Origin: an uncultured Gemmatimonadales bacterium | GTDB lineage: Bacteria > Gemmatimonadota > Gemmatimonadetes > Gemmatimonadales > GWC2-71-9 | Direction: 5' to 3' | Assembly (NCBI GenBank): GCA_963828735.1 | Contig: CAWHFW010000002.1 | Location: 448,001 to 512,000, forward strand | Length of the DNA: 64,000 nucleotides | In this document: positions 61,841 to 64,000 of the stretch, piece after piece | Position numbering within the stretch: the stretch's first letter is position 1 | How the letters are laid out: every line of letters begins with the position of its first letter | Notes under the pieces: model-generated | The model's input: the letters and a program-made list of their open reading frames with translations, nothing else | Told to the model about the DNA's origin: nothing | Database searches by the model: none | Program-made: the position numbers and the translations under genes

Positions 61841-62404
61841 TCAGCGGCCAAGGGCCCCGCGCACGCGGCCGGCGATGTCCTCGACGGTACCGACCGCGGG
61901 GATGCGGCGCACCTGCTGCCGCGCGTCGTACCAGGCAAGCAGCGGCGCCGTCTGCTCGCGATAGGCCCGGAGGCGCGTCGCGACGGCGGCGGGATCGTCA
62001 TCGGCGCGGTGCTCCACCGTCCGGCGCCGGTCGAGCCGGGCCAGGATCTCGTCGTCGGTGACGTCGAAGAAGAGCACCGCGTCCAGCCCCCTCCCCTTCT
62101 CGGCCAGAATGCGCTCCATCCCCTCGGCCTGGGGAATCGTGCGGACCACGCCGTCGAAGATCACGCCCTTCTGCGCCTGGGGCTTGGCCAGCTCCTCACG
62201 CACGACGCCGAGAATGATGTCGTCGCTCACGAGGTGCCCTGCCTCCATCACCGCCTTGGCCTGGAGCCCGAGTGGCGTGGCGCGCTTCACCGCGTCCCGG
62301 AGCAGGTCGCCCGTGGCGAATTTCGGCAGGCCGAGCGATTCGGCCAGGAGCGCGCCCTGTGTGCCCTTGCCGGCGCCGGGCGGACCCATGAGGAGAATGT
62401 CCAT
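61841..62404 (-). CDS. adk: Adenylate kinase (short-LID type)
   Basis: GPPGAGKGTQ, TGDLLR, G.LVSD, RADDD; located between secY and map. Confidence 0.96.
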   Translation of the reverse strand: MDILLMGPPGAGKGTQGALLAESLGLPKFATGDLLRDAVKRATPLGLQAKAVMEAGHLVSDDIILGVVREELAKPQAQKGVIFDGVVRTIPQAEGMERILAEKGRGLDAVLFFDVTDDEILARLDRRRTVEHRADDDPAAVATRLRAYREQTAPLLAWYDARQQVRRIPAVGTVEDIAGRVRGALGR

Positions 62405-62450
62405 GTCGTCTGCGCGTCGTCCTGAATCGTGAGTGTGGTGGCCCAAGCGT

Positions 62451-62534
62451 CGGAAGTCGTAGGTCGCAGGTCGCGCGTGCTGCCGGTGGCCTGACGGCCC
62501 CCGGAGACGTACGGCCTACGACCTACGACTTCTG
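62451..62534. repeat. Inverted repeat built from 7-nt units between secY and adk
   Basis: CGGAAGTCGTAGGTCGCAGG (62451-62470) matches the reverse complement of 62515-62534 at 18/20 positions. Confidence 0.75.
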
Positions 62535-62543
62535 ACCAGCTCG

Positions 62544-63860
62544 TTACATGTACCGCTGCTGGCGTCCCCGGAACTTCACCCGGCCGGTCTTCATGAAGCC
62601 GTCGTACTTCCGCAGCGTCCGGTGCTGCTCGATCTGGGCGATCGTGTCCAGCAGCACGCCGACGACGATCAGGACCGACGTCCCCCCGAAGCCCTGATTG
62701 GGAATGCCCAGGCCCTTGGAGACCAGGATCGGCAGGAGCGCGATGCCGGCCAGGAAGAGGCCGCCCGGCAAGGTGATCCGCGCCAGCACCCCGTCGATGT
62801 AGTCGGCGGTGCTCGCGCCCGGCTTCACGCCGGGAATGAACCCGCCCTGCTTCTTCAGGTTCTCCGCCAGGTCCACCGAGTTGAAGATGATGGACGTATA
62901 GAAGTAGCTGAACAGCAGGATCAGCACCGCGAACGTGAGATCGTAAGGCAGGTCGCCGGGCTGGAAGAAGCTGGCGATGTCCGTCAGGACCGGGTTCTTG
63001 GTGAAGCTCGCGATGGTGCCCGGGACGATGATGATCGTCTGGGCGAAGATGATCGGCATCACGCCGGCGGTGATCAGCCGGATCGGGATGAAGGTCTTCT
63101 GTCCCTCGCGAATCCGCCCGCGGCCCATCACCTTGCGGGGGATCTGGATCGGGATGCGCCGCGCGGCGATCGTCATGGCCACGACGGCGGCGATGACCGC
63201 CACCAGGATGACCAGGAACAGCACCACGCCCGGGGCGCTGACCACGCCGCTCTTGATGTACTGGACCAGGTGGATGGCCGCCGGCCAGAGCCGCTCGAGG
63301 ATCGAGAACGTGATGAGGAGGCTCATCCCGTTGCCGATGCCGCGCTCGGTGATCTGCTCGCCCAGCCACATCACGAAGATGGCGCCCGTGGTGAGCGTCA
63401 CCACCATGATGAGGCGCGAGGCGAGTCCCGGCGAATCGATGGCGCCGGGGATTGATTCGGTGAACAGCGCGAACGTATAGGCCTGCGACAGCGCGATGAA
63501 CACGGTGAGGTACCGGGTCCACTGCGTGATCTTCTTCTTGCCCTCCTCGTCCTTCTGCATCTTGCCGATCGAGGGCGCGACGCCGCCGGCCAGCTGGAAG
63601 ATGATGGACGCGGAGATGTAGGGCATGATGCCGAGCGCGAAGACCGTGGCCCGGCTGAGGCCGCCGCCCAGAGCGTCATACAGTCCGAAGAACCCGGCGG
63701 CGGCGGAGTTCCGGATGAAGTCGGCCAGCGCGGTGACGTTCACCCCGGGGGCGGCGATATGGGCGCCGACCCGGTAGATGACCAGCGCGAGCAGCGTGAA
63801 CAGCAGCTTGCGCTTGAGCTCGTCGTCGATGGCCAGCGCGGGGACGCGGGGTGTGGTCAC
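62544..63860 (-). CDS. secY: Preprotein translocase subunit SecY
   Basis: FALGIMPYISASII, WLGEQITERGIGNG, AGVMPIIFA, GGFIPGVKPG, FGGTSVLIVVGV. Confidence 0.99.
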   Translation of the reverse strand: MTTPRVPALAIDDELKRKLLFTLLALVIYRVGAHIAAPGVNVTALADFIRNSAAAGFFGLYDALGGGLSRATVFALGIMPYISASIIFQLAGGVAPSIGKMQKDEEGKKKITQWTRYLTVFIALSQAYTFALFTESIPGAIDSPGLASRLIMVVTLTTGAIFVMWLGEQITERGIGNGMSLLITFSILERLWPAAIHLVQYIKSGVVSAPGVVLFLVILVAVIAAVVAMTIAARRIPIQIPRKVMGRGRIREGQKTFIPIRLITAGVMPIIFAQTIIIVPGTIASFTKNPVLTDIASFFQPGDLPYDLTFAVLILLFSYFYTSIIFNSVDLAENLKKQGGFIPGVKPGASTADYIDGVLARITLPGGLFLAGIALLPILVSKGLGIPNQGFGGTSVLIVVGVLLDTIAQIEQHRTLRKYDGFMKTGRVKFRGRQQRYM

Positions 63861-64000
63861 TTACCCCTCGATCTTGCCGCCGGCCGCCTCGATCTTCGCG
63901 CGCGCCGACGCGGAAAGGGACACGCCACGAACGGTGTAGGCTCGGTCGGCGTCACCGGTGCCCAGGAGCTTCACGGGGGCGTCCGGCCGCCCGATGAGGC
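63861..64000 (-). CDS. rplO: 50S ribosomal protein L15 (3' part only)
   Basis: Manual translation gives ...PVKLLGTGD...SASARAKIEAAGGKIEG*, directly before secY. Confidence 0.95.
   Translation of the reverse strand, partial: LIGRPDAPVKLLGTGDADRAYTVRGVSLSASARAKIEAAGGKIEG

Overview
A GC-rich bacterial chromosomal segment made mostly of core and housekeeping genes. The gene content is consistent with a diderm such as Gemmatimonadota (inference): TonB-dependent receptor, alpha2-type GlyRS, GWxTD protein, class II RNR, YpdA. From left to right: pgi/MBL hydrolase/pyk/amidohydrolase; an exported DsbD-TlpA-peroxiredoxin relay behind ispG; fabH; amtB-glnK; a divergent CatE-like/DoxX pair; nrdJ; a Ser/Thr kinase, GWxTD protein, amidase and PP2C next to a peptidoglycan-recycling cluster (ampG, nagZ, anmK, murQ, ggt); an ABC exporter; a TIGR00300-fur-ccdA operon opposite a YncD/PqqU-like receptor; a glyQS-zincin-unknown-ubiquitin-like-HDAC-epimerase-priA run; a lone PqqD-like gene; a HEAT-repeat plus HD-GYP pair; trpS-pilT-M28-purA-ypdA; suhB and an FTCD_C gene; and the end of the spc operon (rplO-secY-adk-map). 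I saw no rRNA, tRNA, CRISPR array, transposase or phage gene. Six genes carry frameshifts (murQ, ggt, the TonB receptor, priA, HDAC, suhB), most likely long-read indel errors. The best candidates for uncharacterised biology are: (i) a ubiquitin-like protein without a GG tail, in an operon with a zincin protease and a histone-deacetylase-family enzyme; (ii) a HEAT/HD-GYP pair sharing an N-terminal domain I cannot name; (iii) phospho-signalling genes and GGT tied to murein recycling; (iv) a motif-degenerate PilT, an atypical PII, and candidate cis-elements before nrdJ and purA. All family assignments come from motif recognition by eye, not from database searches.
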